64,000 nucleotides of DNA from Rebecca billardiae RCC1528 (GCA_965240325.2 OZ251223.1:3162001-3226000); one strand, 5' to 3'; shown: positions 34,950 through 49,200, counted from the stretch's first letter. Notes: generated by a model from the letters alone, not told the origin. Numbers and translations: made by a program.

Positions 34950-35799
34950 TAAACTGGAAGAGAATCCCTTCATGAATCCCGCGTCGTCCTCTGTGATGCA
35001 TGACTGCTGGCAGTCTGGCTGGGCGGACCGATGACCTGTCTGCTGTGATGCCGGTCATCCTGTAGTCAATTGGCTGCGTCATCGTAGTTTTATCGTAGTT
35101 AGTGAAAACTACACTGCTACAGTAATGATGTGCTGGTCGCGTCCGCTGATCCGCCCAGCTTCCGATACGATGACGACGCGGTCACCTACCGCCAGTCGGA
35201 CTAAATTGTATACGCGTACTCCAAGCCTACTCGGTGACGGCCCGACAGTGGGGCGAGCCTCGGCCTCACTCGCCCACGACCGGATTAGGACCCGCTTGCT
35301 GCGCATGCAGCAATGCGTTCGAGGGGCGAAATGTAACACCCAGGTCAGTTTCCCGTGCAACCTGTCCCTACGGCTCGCTTGAACACGCCGCCGCCGGCCA
35401 GGCAGCCATGCTGGCCGGAGCGGGTGGGGCTTAGCGAGCGACCCCCTTTCGCGCCCTTGGTCAATTCGTCGGAATACGGCCGTTGTCCAGTAGGCACGGT
35501 ATCATATTGAAGTACTCGACACACCCGATTATGTTAGATAGATCGACACAGATATTGGACGGGGGAAAAGTACTGTCGTGTGGGTATACAGTATGGGTCG
35601 CAACAGCGTGTGCACTATGTGCTCACCGGTCGTCCATCGGTCGTAAGAAATATCTCGAATTGTTCGTATTATCTGATCCTATCACAGCCAATCTTGAACG
35701 AAATGAGAATTTCTCAAATTCTCAAAAGTTCGTAGCCTAAAGAGGGGTAAACTGGAAGAGAATCCCTTCATGAATCCCGCGTCGTCCTCTGTGATGCAT
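34950..35799 (+). repeat. 52-bp exact direct repeat (34950-35001 and 35748-35799)
   Basis: TAAACTGGAAGAGAATCCCTTCATGAATCCCGCGTCGTCCTCTGTGATGCAT present twice. Confidence 0.9.
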
Positions 35800-35849
35800 C
35801 GGGTATTGATGATTACCAAAGCGCAGATACTGACCATGTCATCGGGACA

Positions 35850-36192
35850 GCCCACACTGGGGCACCCTTTCGGTGGGGGGTGCCCCTTCTGCCGACTCGG
35901 CTCACACTCGATGCTCTCGAATTGCAAGGCAGTGCACTGCTTGTACCTGGGACCACCCCACAGTGTTGGGCTTGTATGCTGTTGGCAATGCCAATGGCAT
36001 ACCCCCGCCCCCTCTGGAGGCGGGCTGTCCACAGTGGAGTGGTGTCAAGGCGCTAGGTGTCTCGGTCAGTGGTTTGAGGTTGGGTGAGGGTGGTGGTTGG
36101 TTGAGGGCTGGCCAGGGAGTAGGGCTGGAGGCTTCGGCCGCCAGTCTGATCACCCGGAGCCCGTTATTAATATTATTATAAAGGGGAATTTA
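35850..36192 (+). mobile_element. Second, diverged copy of the LINE 3' UTR
   Basis: Aligns to 34582-34898 (GCCCACACTGGGGCACCCT...GGAGCCCGTTAT...AAAGGGGAATTTA) with scattered substitutions and small indels. Confidence 0.88.
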
Positions 36193-37279
36193 TAGTCCTG
36201 AGCGCCTGGGCGGGGCGGGGGGATGTGATGAAGCGGCACCCGTCCCCCGTTTACTTCTTTGGCGGCACCACGGTCTGGCTAGTTCAGACCCGCCGCTCCT
36301 ACTTTTGTGAGTTTTGGGCCAGGCCGATCCGTGGCCCGCTCCGCACGGAGCAATTTATTGTTCGTGGGTACCACGAAACGGCTGGGTCTGAACCAGCCAG
36401 CACCACGGTCCCCGGCCGGCAATCCCGGGGAAGGGTCCAAACAACCCGGCCAGTACGCTGGCACTGCGACCGTCTGCACCACCGTACCCAGCGGCTGCAG
36501 CCAAGCCGTTTCTCGGCCATTCGATCGGCTTCCTGTCACACCTGTGCCTGTGGAGGGGCGCTATTCAGTGCCTTGCCGGCCACCCCGGCCAGCGCAGGGT
36601 CCACCGGATCCGTGAAACGGGTCACACTGACTGCTGACTGCCCTGATGGCCACTACCCGACTCGGAGCGAGTCCGTCAATGTCAATGACCCGGCGGATCA
36701 CATGGCTTGAGGTTTGCACGGAGCGCAAAATCAAATTCCACTGCATGGGCCCGTGGGCGTGGTCTTGAGTAGGCTGTAGGGATGCGAGGTTGCAGACGCA
36801 GTCCACCACTGGTACTGTAACCAGCCTAAGTTATTACTATTACTAGTATTAGTCACATAGCTACAGTTCGGAAGAAGTCCTACACTCTACAGTTTACTAT
36901 TTTTACTAAGACTAAGTCTAAGAGACGCACACAGCTCACTCAGGCAGGCGAGATCGACGCCCGCCAACCGTATCACCGCCCATGAAGCCGTCGCCGGTGG
37001 TAGCGCCGTCGGAAGATTCGTTCAGCCGTCCGCCTGCGAGGCCTGGATGAGGGCTGCGGCCGCCTCGCGGCGCGCCACGGGCGCCGGTCGCTGCTGGCGA
37101 ACGGATGCATCGCGCGCCGAGAATAAAAAGCATGCAGCAGAAAAATCCGCGAACACATTTGATGATGCGCGGCGCAAGCATTTTTGATTTTTTACGCCCG
37201 CGCCGCTGCGCGACAAGTCCCATCACGTTGGTCCCGGCGGACGACGGCAGGTCGGTCGACCGCGGCGCATCGGCGCAGC

Positions 37280-40200
37280 ATGCGAACGGCGCCGCCCCGC
37301 CCACCGCGCGGCGGCTTCGACGATGACGACGACGATGGTGACGACCGGCAAGAGGCCGCTTTCTCAGCAAACAATCGCCATGACGAAGACGAGTACGACG
37401 CCGCGCAGGACACGAAGCTCGCGCGCCAGACGGGCCGGCTCGGCATGGGGCACACCGGCATGTTCGCGTTCGCCGGCCTCTTCGCCGACGACACGTGGGG
37501 GCTGATGGGCGACTCAAGCGACGACGAGGAGCGTCGGCTCGACAACGATCTTCCCGTCTGGGGTGGCACGGCCGGCGCCACCGAGCGCGACGACGAGGCC
37601 GGCGCCGGCGCGCGCGCGTCCGACGGCGGCAGCGATGCCGGCGGCGAGGACGACGGTGCGGGCCGCGGCGGGGACAGCGAGGACGGGCTAGGGACGGGGC
37701 GTTCCTCGCGCTGGGCTGACGACGCGGAGCGCGAGGACGCGGCCGGCGAGCGCGGCTGGACGACCCTCGGCGAGCATCGCGGCGCGGCGCTCGGCTCGCC
37801 GAGGGGCGGCCGGCGCCGCGGCATCCTTGGCGGGCTCGGCGGGGAAGGCGTGGGCGGGGGCGCGGCGTGGTCGTGGGACTCGGCCGGGCTGACCGCAGAC
37901 TTCCGAGACGGGGCCGGCCTGCCGGACGGCCTGCAGCTCGCCGGCGCCGAGCCCGAGCTGGGCGAGGACGAGGACGGCACGCACAGCCTGCTGCTGCCCG
38001 CGGACGAGACGGTGTCGCTCACGATGTGCCTCGGGTACGAGCACGGCATCTCGCCGTGGACGCTGGAGGAGGACGGCAAGCTGCACGCGTACACGCTCGT
38101 GATCGCGCTGCGCCTCGACAACCTGCCGAGCACCTCGCTCCCGCTCTTCAACGGCGGGCCGGCCGCGCTCGCGAGCGGCGGCTCGAACAAGCCGGTCGAG
38201 TCGGTGCAGATCTTCAAGAACGGCGGCGTCGGCGCGCTCGGGCAGTGCGGCACGGCGGCGACGGCGCTCCGGCCGGGGCGCTTCACCTGGGTGGTGGTGA
38301 CGCGCAAGCCCGGCGAGCTCATCACCTACGTCAACGGCCAGCGCTGCGCCGAGGTCAAGCTCGAGTCGAAGGCGAAGGGCGACGGCAAGAAGGCGGAGCC
38401 GAACACGTCGTTTGCGATCGACCCGAAGCAGTGCGCGCTGCTGCCGTCGGCGGGCGGCGAGCTGTGCGAGCGCGAGGCGTGCGGCGTGGCGGTGAAGTAC
38501 GTCGCGCTGCGCACGCAGCACTGGAACGACGACAAGGTGCGCGAGGAGCTGCTCAAGGTGCGCAACACCGACGAGTTCGCCGAGGAGCGCGAGGAGTTCC
38601 GCGCCGCGCTCGCCGACCACCTCTCGCTCCAGCCGCTGTACGGCAAGCCGCCGCCCGTGTGGCTGCACCCGACGTTCTGCGCGGCGTTCGGCGACCACTG
38701 CATCGAGGGCACCGGCCTCGACGGCGCGGGCTCGGCGCACACCAGCCTCGAGTTCTTCGCGCTCGTGCTCAAGCGGATGCTCGCGAACCGCGCGCTCACC
38801 GCGCTGTTTGGCGCGTCGCTCTCGCACGCGGACTGGCAGACGTGCAACGCGCTGCTGCTCGCGCTGGACGACGCGAAGAAGCTGGCGCACCGCTTCGTGC
38901 AGTCGCTGTCGAACGGGCACGGCCGCATGTTCCTCTCGCAGCTCGTCACCTCCCTCAACAAGCTCAAGGTGGGCGAGGTGAAGATCGTGCCGTCCGCGCT
39001 GATGGGCGCGCCCATCTTGCTGCTCGTCGAGCGGCGCGAGCGCGCGCGCTGCACGGTCGTCGTGGTGTGCACCGCGCCCGAGCTGCTGGCGTACCACTCG
39101 GCCGACGCGACGGCGCTGCCGAAGCTCAAGTACCGCACGTGCCTCGTGCTCGACGACGTCGCCTGGGCCCGCGCCACCGACGAGGCGTTCTGGGGCCTCG
39201 TGTGGTACTGCGCGACAATCTCAAACGGCAAGGTGCGGCCCGAGCAGCTGCTGTACGAGGTGCTGCTCTCCTTCCTGGCGGGGCGGCCGCTGGACGACGC
39301 GCTGGGCGAGGAGGAGCGCGCGGGCGGCTCGGCCGCGGGCGCGGCGGGCGCGCCGTCCATGTCCGTGCAGAAGTCGAACACGGCGCACTACCGCACGATC
39401 TCGCACGCGGTGCGCCACCTGATGCGCGCGCGCGGCGTGCTGCCGCGCGCGCGCAAGCGGCTCATGCTGATGCTGCGCCTCGAGATGCTCTCGATGGCGT
39501 CGCACGACCTCGCGTTCGTGCGCACCGCCTCGCGCGCGGAGCGGCGCATCGTCGGCCTCGCCTGCCGCCAGGTCGCGCACCACACCTCCAAGCTCGCGCC
39601 CGACGGCGCGCGCGGCGCGGTCGACGCGCCGCTCAGCCTGCAGCAGATGGCCGAGATCAGCGGCCAGATCCGACGGATCGGCGAGCGGCTGGAGAGCGTG
39701 CCGAGCGGCGAGGGCGAGGCGCACGTCGCGCCGCCGCCGCTGATCCTGAACGAGTCGGAGCGCCACCTCGGCGCGCGCACCTGGACGCAGCTCGTCGGCG
39801 AGCGGCTGCTCGCCGGGAGCGTGCCCGCCGCGGTCGCGGCCGAGGCGGCGCGCGCGGGCGCGGACGCGGGCGCGGACGCGGACGCGCGCGCCGAGCTGCT
39901 CGGCCTCGAGCAGCGCACGGGGCTGCTCGAGGAGGACGCCGCCCCCGCGCTCGGCGCGCGGCGCGCGCGCGCCGAGCGCAGCGGCGGCGGCGGCGGCGGC
40001 GCGTCCGAGGAGGACCTGTACGCCTCGGGCGCGCCCTCGTCCGAGCTCGTGGGCGCGGAGGCCGCGCTCGGCGCCCAGCAGGTGGTCGCGCTCTACTTTG
40101 GCGCGAGCTGGTGCCCGCCGTGCCGCCGCGCGACGGCGATGCTGCAGAAGCTGTACGGCCGGCTGCGCGGCGCGGGCCACCGCTTCGAGGTCGTCCTCGT

Positions 40201-42842
40201 CTCGCTCGACTCGGAGGAGCGCGACTTCAAGGCGCACTTTGGGCCGATGCCGTGGCTGGCCGTCCCGTTCGAGGCGGCGCGCGTCAAGGCCGAGCTCGCC
40301 GAGACGTTCGGCGTGGACGGGCTGCCGTCGATCGTGCTGATCGACGGCGAGACGCACGCGACGATCTCGACGGACGGCGTGCGCGTGCTCACCAAGCACC
40401 CGATGCGCTTCCCCTGGACCTCGCGCCCGCCGCCGGCGACGCCGTCGCTGCACCCGCTCGCCGAGCGGCTGCTGCGCCGCTCGCCGGTCGACGCGGGCGC
40501 GCAGACGCTGCTGCCGATGTACGTGCCGATCGACATGCTGCAGCTGCCGACGCGGATCGGCTCGCTCGAGGACGCGGTCGCGGCGATGCGCCACTGCGAC
40601 CGGCTGTGCACCCTCGTCGCCGTGCAGGAGCACTGCGTCAAGAACACGCCGTACCTCGTGATCGCGCTGATCGCGCACACGTACACCGCGCTGCTGCCGA
40701 TGCCCGAGCCGCCCGGCAGCGCGGCGGCCGAGCGGTGCGTGTGGCACACGACGGGCGTGCGGTACGAGACGCAGCTGGACGTGCTGATCCTGCTGCAGCG
40801 CACGATCGAGCACTTCGCCGCCGCCGCCTTCTCCGTCGACCACACGCGGCCGATCGACGCGGTGCGGATGGTGGTGCCGCTCTGCATCGCCGCGGTCGCA
40901 GACGTGGTGCTGCGCAAGGCGGCGGTCGACATCGCCTCGCCCGTCTCGCTGCACCTCGCGGGCGGCGGCGTGGGCGGCGAGCTGGGGCACGCGGGCAAGG
41001 GGTACTGCTTCTCCTCCGGCGCGCTCGCGCGGCAGGCCGCGACCATCGTCGTCTTTTCACCCGAGCTCAACATTGCGCGCGCGCGCGCCCTCGACTACTT
41101 TGAGGCGTGCTGCGGCGCGTGCCACACCGTCTTCAACTGGGACCGCACCGACAAGCTCGAGCCCGCGGTCGAGCGGCTGGTGGCGGGGCTGTGCCGCAGG
41201 CTGGCGTTCCCGCTGGGCGAGAGCGTCACGCCGTCGTACATCGCCGACGTGCGCGGCCTCGTGCACAAGAACCACCCCGAGTTCATCGCGTTCCGAGACA
41301 TTGGCTTCTACCTCAAGCTCTTCCTCAACCCGCAGATGGACCGGTTCCCGTCGGGCGGCGCGCAGTGGACGCAGCGCGACGCCGAGCTGCAGTGGCAGTG
41401 GGACGCGGACTACAAGCGGTTCCGCGTGCAGGCGTTCGAGGGCACGCCGCTCTCGTGCCGCCCGCGCCTGCGCCGCGGCGAGATGCCGCCGTCGCACCGC
41501 TTCATGTCGCTGGCGGCCCCGTCCGAGTACGTGCGCCCCTACTTTGTGGAGAGCGAGGACGACGTGCTGCACATGTGGGACCTGCCCGACTTTGGCAGCC
41601 TCGACGTGGGCAACGCGAAGGCGCTGGGGCAGCACGACTCGGAGCTGCTGCTCTCCTTCCTCACCGCGCCGTACATGCGCGTGCCGCTCGTCCTCTCCTT
41701 CTTCTCGCAGAACGACCGCATCCACGCGCTGCAGTCGCGGCCGCTGCAGGCCGTACTCGACGGCTGCCTCTTCGAGCCCGCCAACCACCTGGCCGCCGCG
41801 CACGACGCGGCGGACATCGCCGACGTGCCGACCTCGGAGCCGCACCTGCTCGCCACGGCGCACGGGCTGCTGCTCAACGAGCTCGTCCACTCGCCCGCCG
41901 TCGTGCGCGAGGGCGCCCTGCGCCTCGCGCGCCAGGCGGTCGACCTGGACACTGGCCACGTCAAGTCGTCCACCTCGTCCATCATCCTGTACGTGCTGCG
42001 GCTGGGCGCGCGGCTCGACGGGTACCTCTCGCTGCTGTGCGAGCTCGGCGAGGGGACGCACGACTCGATCGCGCTGGAGCAGTGCCGCGGGCTGCGCGCC
42101 GCGCTGCCGCGCGCGCTCCCCGAGCTGCGCGCGTTCCGCGACGAGCTGCGCGCCGTGACGCTTGGCCCTCTGCACTCGATCGTGGCGGCGTGGTACTCCA
42201 AGCTGGTCGCCGAGTGCGAGGGGCGAGCGGACGACTCGGTGCTCGACGAGAACACCAAGCTGATGTGCGACCTGCAGGCGCACGTGCTGCTCGCGCACCG
42301 CTCCGTCGCCGCCACCGAGATGAGCGAGCCCATCGCGCACGCCTTTGTCACCGCCTTTGCCTTCCTCTCCACGCGGCACGAGTGGAACATGGACCTGTAC
42401 GGCACCCACTTTGCGGTGCCCGAGCACGAGCTGTTCGAGCTGCTGCAGCACGCGCGGCGCAAGCTGGTGACGTGGCTGCGGCAGCGCGCGAGCCAGGCGC
42501 AGCTCGACGCGATCATGGAGGCCGCCGTGCGCGTCGCCGCCACCACGGGCGCCGCGACCGTCGACGACGGCGCCTCCGCCGTCAACCGGTGGGCGTACGT
42601 GGCGGGCGCGCGCTCGCTCGGCCGCTTTGCGATGCACTCCGCGTACACGAGCGCGAGCGCGGGCGTGGGCGCGAGCGGCGGTGCGGGCGAGGACGCGGGC
42701 GGCGGCGCGGCCGAGGGCGCGCCCGCGGTGCGTGCCGGGCCGTTGCGCTTTGCGGACGCGCCAGAGCGCGCCGAGCGTGCGCCGGCGACCGACGGCGGCG
42801 CGGCCGCCGCTCCGGCGGCGGCGGCGGCCGGCGGCGGCGGCG

Positions 42843-42880
<38 letters not shown>

Positions 42881-45800
42881 ATCGCGACGGTGGGCGACGA
42901 CGACCTCGCGGTCGAGCTGGACGCGCAGGTGATGCAGCTCACGCTCAAGGCGTCGCACCCGCAGGCGCTGCCCAACGACGTGGCGAAGAACGCCGACATC
43001 CAGGCGATCTTTGGCAACGTGGCGATGCAGGCGTGCGTGCTCGCGCAGACGCAGCACTGCCGCGTGTACCGGCTGGTCGGCCGCTCGCACGACGTGGCGT
43101 GCTGGGCGGAGGACAAGAAGCTGCCCGAGACGGACATGTGGCGGCCGTACTACCCGAACGAGCTGTTCCCATCGGAGAAGGTGTGGCTCCCGGCGGTGCT
43201 CGAGCCGGTGCGCCGCGCGTACCTCACCTTCCCCAAGCCGCTCGAGCTGTTCCTGCCCGACGCGCCGCTGCCCGAGGACGCGACGGTCGCCTACCTGATC
43301 GGCAAGCAGCCGGGGCAGAGCGGCGTGTGGAAGGAGCTGTACGTGTACCGCTCGAGGCGGATGGTGCACGTGTACCGGATCGAGTCGCACGGCCGGCGGT
43401 ACTACCGCTCGCTCGAGTACTGCACGGACGCGCGCTTCTGCCTCGCCGCGCTGCAGCCCTCGACCGACCACCGCGTCTTCAAGTGGCCCGCGTGGGAGCG
43501 GCACGGCGGCGGCCACCCGTACGCGACCTCGCACGCCGAGGGGCGCTCGTGCGTCGTCACGCGCGAGTGGACGTGCGCGGACAACCTCTCGCTCGGCGTC
43601 GAGACGTTCATCCCGGCGCGGCTGCTGCGCGGCGTGCTGCCCGACGCGCTGCTCGCCTCGCACCGCTTCTGGCAGGACGAGGCCGACCTGCTGCGCGGCT
43701 ACCCCCTGGACGAGAACCGCTCGGACATGCTCACCGTCTCGCTCGCGCTCGGCGCACACGTCGTGCACGCGGGCGCGCGCGGCGCGACGCCGTCGGCGGC
43801 CGCGCCGCCCAAGGCGGCGGTGGACGCGGCGACCGACGCGTTCGCGCTCGCGCCGTGCGTCGCCACCGTCCGCCGCCGGCCCAAGCCCGCGCTCGTCGCG
43901 CGCCGCGACGCGATCGGCTCGATCGTCGCGCGGCTCGAGGCGTACGTGAGTCGGGAGCGGCTGCTCAAGGGGCCGTTCGAGTCCTCGTTCGACGTCGCGC
44001 GGCGCGCGGGCGAGCTGATGCGCCGCGCGCGCGGCTCGGCAAAGCTCGCCGCGCAGGCGATCGACGCGATCGACCCGGCGACGCTCGCCGGCCGGCGGCG
44101 CAAGCGCCACCGCTCGTGCGCCGTGCTGCTGCCGCTGCTCCTCGACCGCGCGTTCGACGCGCTCCAGCTGCTCTACGAGCTCGAGGCGGCGAGCGGCGTG
44201 CCGCTGCTCGACGCGGCAGAGGGCGGGCAGGAGGAGTGGGGGCACGCGCGGCGCGCGGCGGAGGCGCAGGCGGCCGCCGCCGCTGACGCCGCTGCCGCCG
44301 CCGCCGCGCCTGCCGGGGAGGCGCGGGCGGCCGGCGCCGCTGGCGACGCCATCGCCGCCGCCGCGCCCGCCGCTCCGCCCGCCGCCGCCGCCCCGCCGCC
44401 GCCCTCGCCCTCGCCGCCGGCGGACGGCGCGGCGCCGGCGCGCCCGGCGCCGAGCGGCGCCGGCGACGCGGCGCCCGCTGCCGATCGCGCGGCCGCGCCG
44501 GCGGCGGCGGAGGCCGGCGGCGCGCGCAGCAAGGCGTCCGGCGTGGCCGACTACGCGGACGCCGAGCTCATCCTGCTCGACCTGCTGCACGCGCCGCCCG
44601 CCTCCCACCTCGCCTCGCTCGCCACCGTGATGGCTCGGATCGAGCAGCTCGCGCACGTGCTCGCGTGGGCGCGCGCGCCCGAGTCGGACGACGACGCGGC
44701 CGCGGCCGCGGCGTGCGCGGCGGACGGCTCGTCGCTCGTGCTCGTGCAGTGCCCGCGGCTCAAGCTCTCGTTCGAGGCGCGGCGCGGGCCGGACGGGCAG
44801 GTGCGCCTCTTCTCCCTCGACCACGCCGACCTCTTCATCACGAACGGCGGGCGGTTTGCGTCGACGGTGTCGCTGCTCGAGGGCATCCCGCACTCGCTGC
44901 TGCTCGAGCACGCGTACAACGGCGAGCTGCAGGTGCTCGTGCCCGCGTACCTGCCCGTGCGCCCGTCGATCGACACGGCGCCCTTCTCGACCGAGCTCGT
45001 CCTCGACCGCGCGGACGGCTGGCTCAACGAGCTCGAGAACGCGTACTACATGTACCGCATCCACGTGTCGCTGTCCTTCTTGTCGAGCACGACGCTCGCG
45101 TCCGCGCTCTACCTGCTGCTGCTGCGCTACCTGCACCGCGACTACGGCGCGGTGGTGCAGCTCGTGGACACGGTGTCGTCGGACACGGCGCTCTCGCACG
45201 AGGAGAACATGCTGCTGCAGTTCCTGCACTCCAGCCGGCACGACATCGACCACCACCCCGACGCGCACGCGTGCAGGCTCAAGGTGTCGTTTGTGATGCT
45301 GGACGCGCCCGTGGTGCTGCCGTGGCAGCTCACGGCCGAGATGGCGCACTACGTGGCGAAGCTGTCGCAGGTGAGCGCCAACTGCCGGCTCTCGGCGGAG
45401 GAGGAGCTCGCGCTGCTCAACGGCTGCATCGTCGACGTCGCCGACCCGCGCTACCGCAAGTCCGGGCTGCAGATCCACCAGGTGCTGCTGTGCAAGAACA
45501 GGCGCGCGCAGCTGCGCGCGCACGCGGCGGGCGCGCGCAGCTGCGCGGTCGAGACGCCCGTGCGCCGCGTGGGCAGCCGGTGGATCACGCAGTGGGACTC
45601 GACGCTGCAGACGTACGACCGCGCCGCGCTGCACAAGTTCCTCGGCGAGCTGCAGATGAAGTTCGTGCACACGCGCATGCTCGCGCTCGACGGCGTGGTC
45701 GGGCTCGTGCAGTCGCTCAACGCGCCCAAGAGCGCCACGCCGCCCACGATCGCGGGCGGCGGCTTCCTCACGCTCTACTGCCTGCTGCAGGGCTCGACCG

Positions 45801-46216
45801 AGGTGAAGATCGTCTCGCAGAACTCGGGCATCTCGCTCGCGACGATGCTGCTCCCCCTGTACGCCGACGCGGCCGAGCGCTCCCTGCTGCACTCGATCCT
45901 GCTCACGCTCGCGCGCAAGCCTCTGCTCGGGCCGTTCCTGCCCGAGTTTGTTGACACGCGCAAGCACAACCGGCGCGAGGTGTTCGTCGGGATCGCGCCG
46001 GGGGACGACGCGGGCGAGGCGCCGCTCGGCGTGCTCGTGCGCGGCGTGCTGCACGAGCTGCTCGCGCTCAGCGCGCCGCCCTCCGACGGCGTGCGCCAGG
46101 CGGTGCAGCGCAAGATGCTGCAGCGGCGCGTGGACGCGCTCACCAAGGAGCGCATGTTTGGGCTCGGCGGCGGCGGCTGGGGCGGCTGGGGCGGCGGCTG
46201 GGGCGGCGGGCTGTGG

Positions 46217-46247
<31 letters not shown>

Positions 46248-49200
46248 TGCTCGCCGACGCGGCCGGCGGCGGCGCGGGCGGCGTCGAGGAGCTCACCGTC
46301 GAGACGGAGAAGCAGTGCGCCGCCGAGCTCGACAAGGCCGCGTCGTGGGCGGCGACGCTGCGCGAGCCGCCGATGCCGCTCGGCGGCGAGGAGCACGAGC
46401 TGGGCGCGCACGGCGGCGCGGACGGCATCATCCGGCTGGTGATGGCGAGCTCGGTCGTCGAGGTGGCGCCCGACGGCGGCGTGCCCGCCGGCGCCGGCCG
46501 CTCGGCGTCCGACGCAGCCGCGGCCGACGGCGCGGCCGCGAGCGCGGGCTCGATCCGCGCGCGCCGCTGGGTGCTGCCGCGCGTGAGCGACTACTCGTGC
46601 GACGCGCGCGTGCTGCGCCCGGTCGACGGCGCGGCGCTGGGCGACGAGCGGCTGTGCACGTCCGAGGCGGACTGCGACGCCTTCGGCTCGCAGCCGCTCT
46701 CCGTCCTCGGCCTCGAGCGCCACGTGCGCCGCGTCTCGCGCGCGGCGCTTGGGCTGCAGCCCGTCTCGGCCGCGCTCGAGTTTGACGTGCTGGCGCACCC
46801 GCACGCGCGCTCCAAGGTGGCGCAGGAGATGCACGCGCGGATGCAGGCGGACACGGCGGTGTACGCCGGCAGGCAGAACGGCTCGCTCGCGAGCCACCTC
46901 ACCGTCGTGCCGCCCAACGCGCGCACGGGCTGGCCCGCCGAGCCGGGCGCGGCGGCGCGCGCGTTCGACGGCGCGGCCGCGCGGCTGCAGCCGCTGCTGG
47001 ACGAGCTGCGCGCGCGCCGCACCGCCGACGCGGAGTACGTGGCGCGCGCGCTGCCGTGCATCGAGGCGACGGCGAACACGGTGCAGCTCGGCACCGAGGG
47101 CGCGCTCGACGGCGGCGACGGCGCCGCCGCGTCCGCCGGCGGCGGCAGCACGCCGCCGAGCGCGAGCAAGCGGCCGCTCGGCGCGGCCGGCTCGCTGCCT
47201 GAGCTCGAGGCGCGCACGGCGTTCGTGCTGCGGCAGGCGGCGGGCGCGGAGGCGCGGATCTCGCTCGACTTCATCTTCTGCCTGCTGATCAGCTCGCGCG
47301 CCAGCGCCGACCTGCGCGCGCTCAACCCCTTCGTGAGCGAGGCGCAGGCGCAGGCGCTCTTCGATCTGGTGGTCGCGACGATCTGCCACGCGACGCGCAT
47401 CGGCATCGCCAACCGGTGCATCACCGAGGTGGGCGAGCTGATCCGGCTGCTGCAGCGGGCGGCGGCGGACAGCCGCGGGCCGGCGCGGTGCGCGCGCTCG
47501 GACACGCTCGCCAACGTCTCGCTGCACGCCGAGTCGCTCGCCGAGCTGCTGTGCACCGGCCGCCACTTTGTGGCCGGGTGCGACGGCGCGGGCGGCGAGC
47601 GCGTCTTCGACCCGCGGCTGCTGCTCTTCGAGTTCATCCACAACATCCTGCTGCGCAAGGCGCAGGTCGAGCTGGTGCACGAGTTCGTGCACGCGGTGCG
47701 CGCAGGCACGCCGCTGGTCAAGCAGATGCTGATGGGCGGCGGCAAGACCACCGTGATCTCGCCGATCCTCTCGCTGATGCTCGGCGACGGGCACTCGCTC
47801 GTCGTGCAGATGATGCCGCCCGCGCTGCTCGAGCAGACCAAGGGCACGCTGCGCTCCGCCTTCTCCTCGATCATCCGCAAGCGCGTGTTCACGCTCTCGT
47901 TCGACCGCTCGGCGCCGGTCACGTGGCGCATCGTCGACAAGCTGCGCTCGGCGGTCGTGCACCGCGGCGTCGTGCTGTGCACCGCCACCTCGGTCAAGTC
48001 GCTGCAGCTGCGGCTGCTCGAGAAGCTTGACGTGCTGCGCGACGGCCGGCGCAAGCACCACCCGTCGATGGAGCGCGACGTGCGCGCGCTCGCGGGCGCG
48101 CTCCGGATGTTCTCCGACGTGGGGATCCTCGTGATGGACGAGGTCGACCTGCTGCTCCACCCGCTGCGCTCCGAGCTCAACTTCCCGATCGGCGACAAGC
48201 TGCCGCTCGACTTCTCGCCCGAGCGGTGGACGCTCGCCATCCACCTCCTCGACGCGGTCTTCTCGGTCGAGGCGGGCGGGCGGATGAGCGTGCCGTTCCA
48301 GCAGTCGAGCCGCGCGCGCGCGATCCTCGAGGAGATGCGCGCGGAGGTCGAGGCGGGGTACGCGGCGCACTGCCTGCAGTCCTCGCCGCACCTCGTGCTG
48401 CTCAACGAGGAGTGGTACGGCGCGCGCATGAAGCCTGTGATGGCGCGCTGGGCGCTGCTCTGGCTGGAGGCGCAGCACGTGTCCGGGCTGCCGCCGCAGC
48501 TCGTGCTCGCGTACGTGCTCAAGGACGGCGAGCGCGCGGCGCGCGAGGGCGGGTGGGAGGCGTGGGTGCTGCGCGACGTGCCCGACCGGCCGGAGGAGGA
48601 CGCGCGCGACGGCGGCGCGGGCACGGCGCTGCGCCGGCTGCACGCACTCGCCGAGGCGCGGCTCTCGCCCAAGGCGTTCAAGATGCTCAACCTCACGGCC
48701 GACTGGCTCGACACGCTGCTGCCGCACTGCCTGCAGAAGATCTCGCGCGTCACGTTCGGGCTGCTCTCGGCGGAGGAGTACGCGCGGCTGCAGCGGACGG
48801 AGCCGCTGATGCCGCGCTCGCGCTTCAAGCTCGCCATCCCGTTTGTGGGCAAGGACGTGCCCGCGCGCGCGTCCGAGTTTGCGCACCCCGACGTGATCAT
48901 CGGGCTGACCGTGCTCGCGTACCGGTACGAGGGGCTGCGGCGCGTCGACTTCGAGGACGACGTGATCCAGCTGGTGCGCACCAACTTCGAGAAGGAGGTG
49001 GGCCCGTTCCCCGCGCGCAAGTCGGCGCAGATGTACGAGGACTGGGTGGAGCAGGCGGGCGGCGTGGTCAAGGGCTCGCAGCGCCCCGCCGCGCTCGCGG
49101 CGGCCGCGGGCGAGGGCTGCGTGGCCGAGGACGCGCGCGTGGTCGTGCCGCTCTGGCTGCTCAAGCAGTCGAACGACGAGCAGATGTCGAAGCTGTACGC

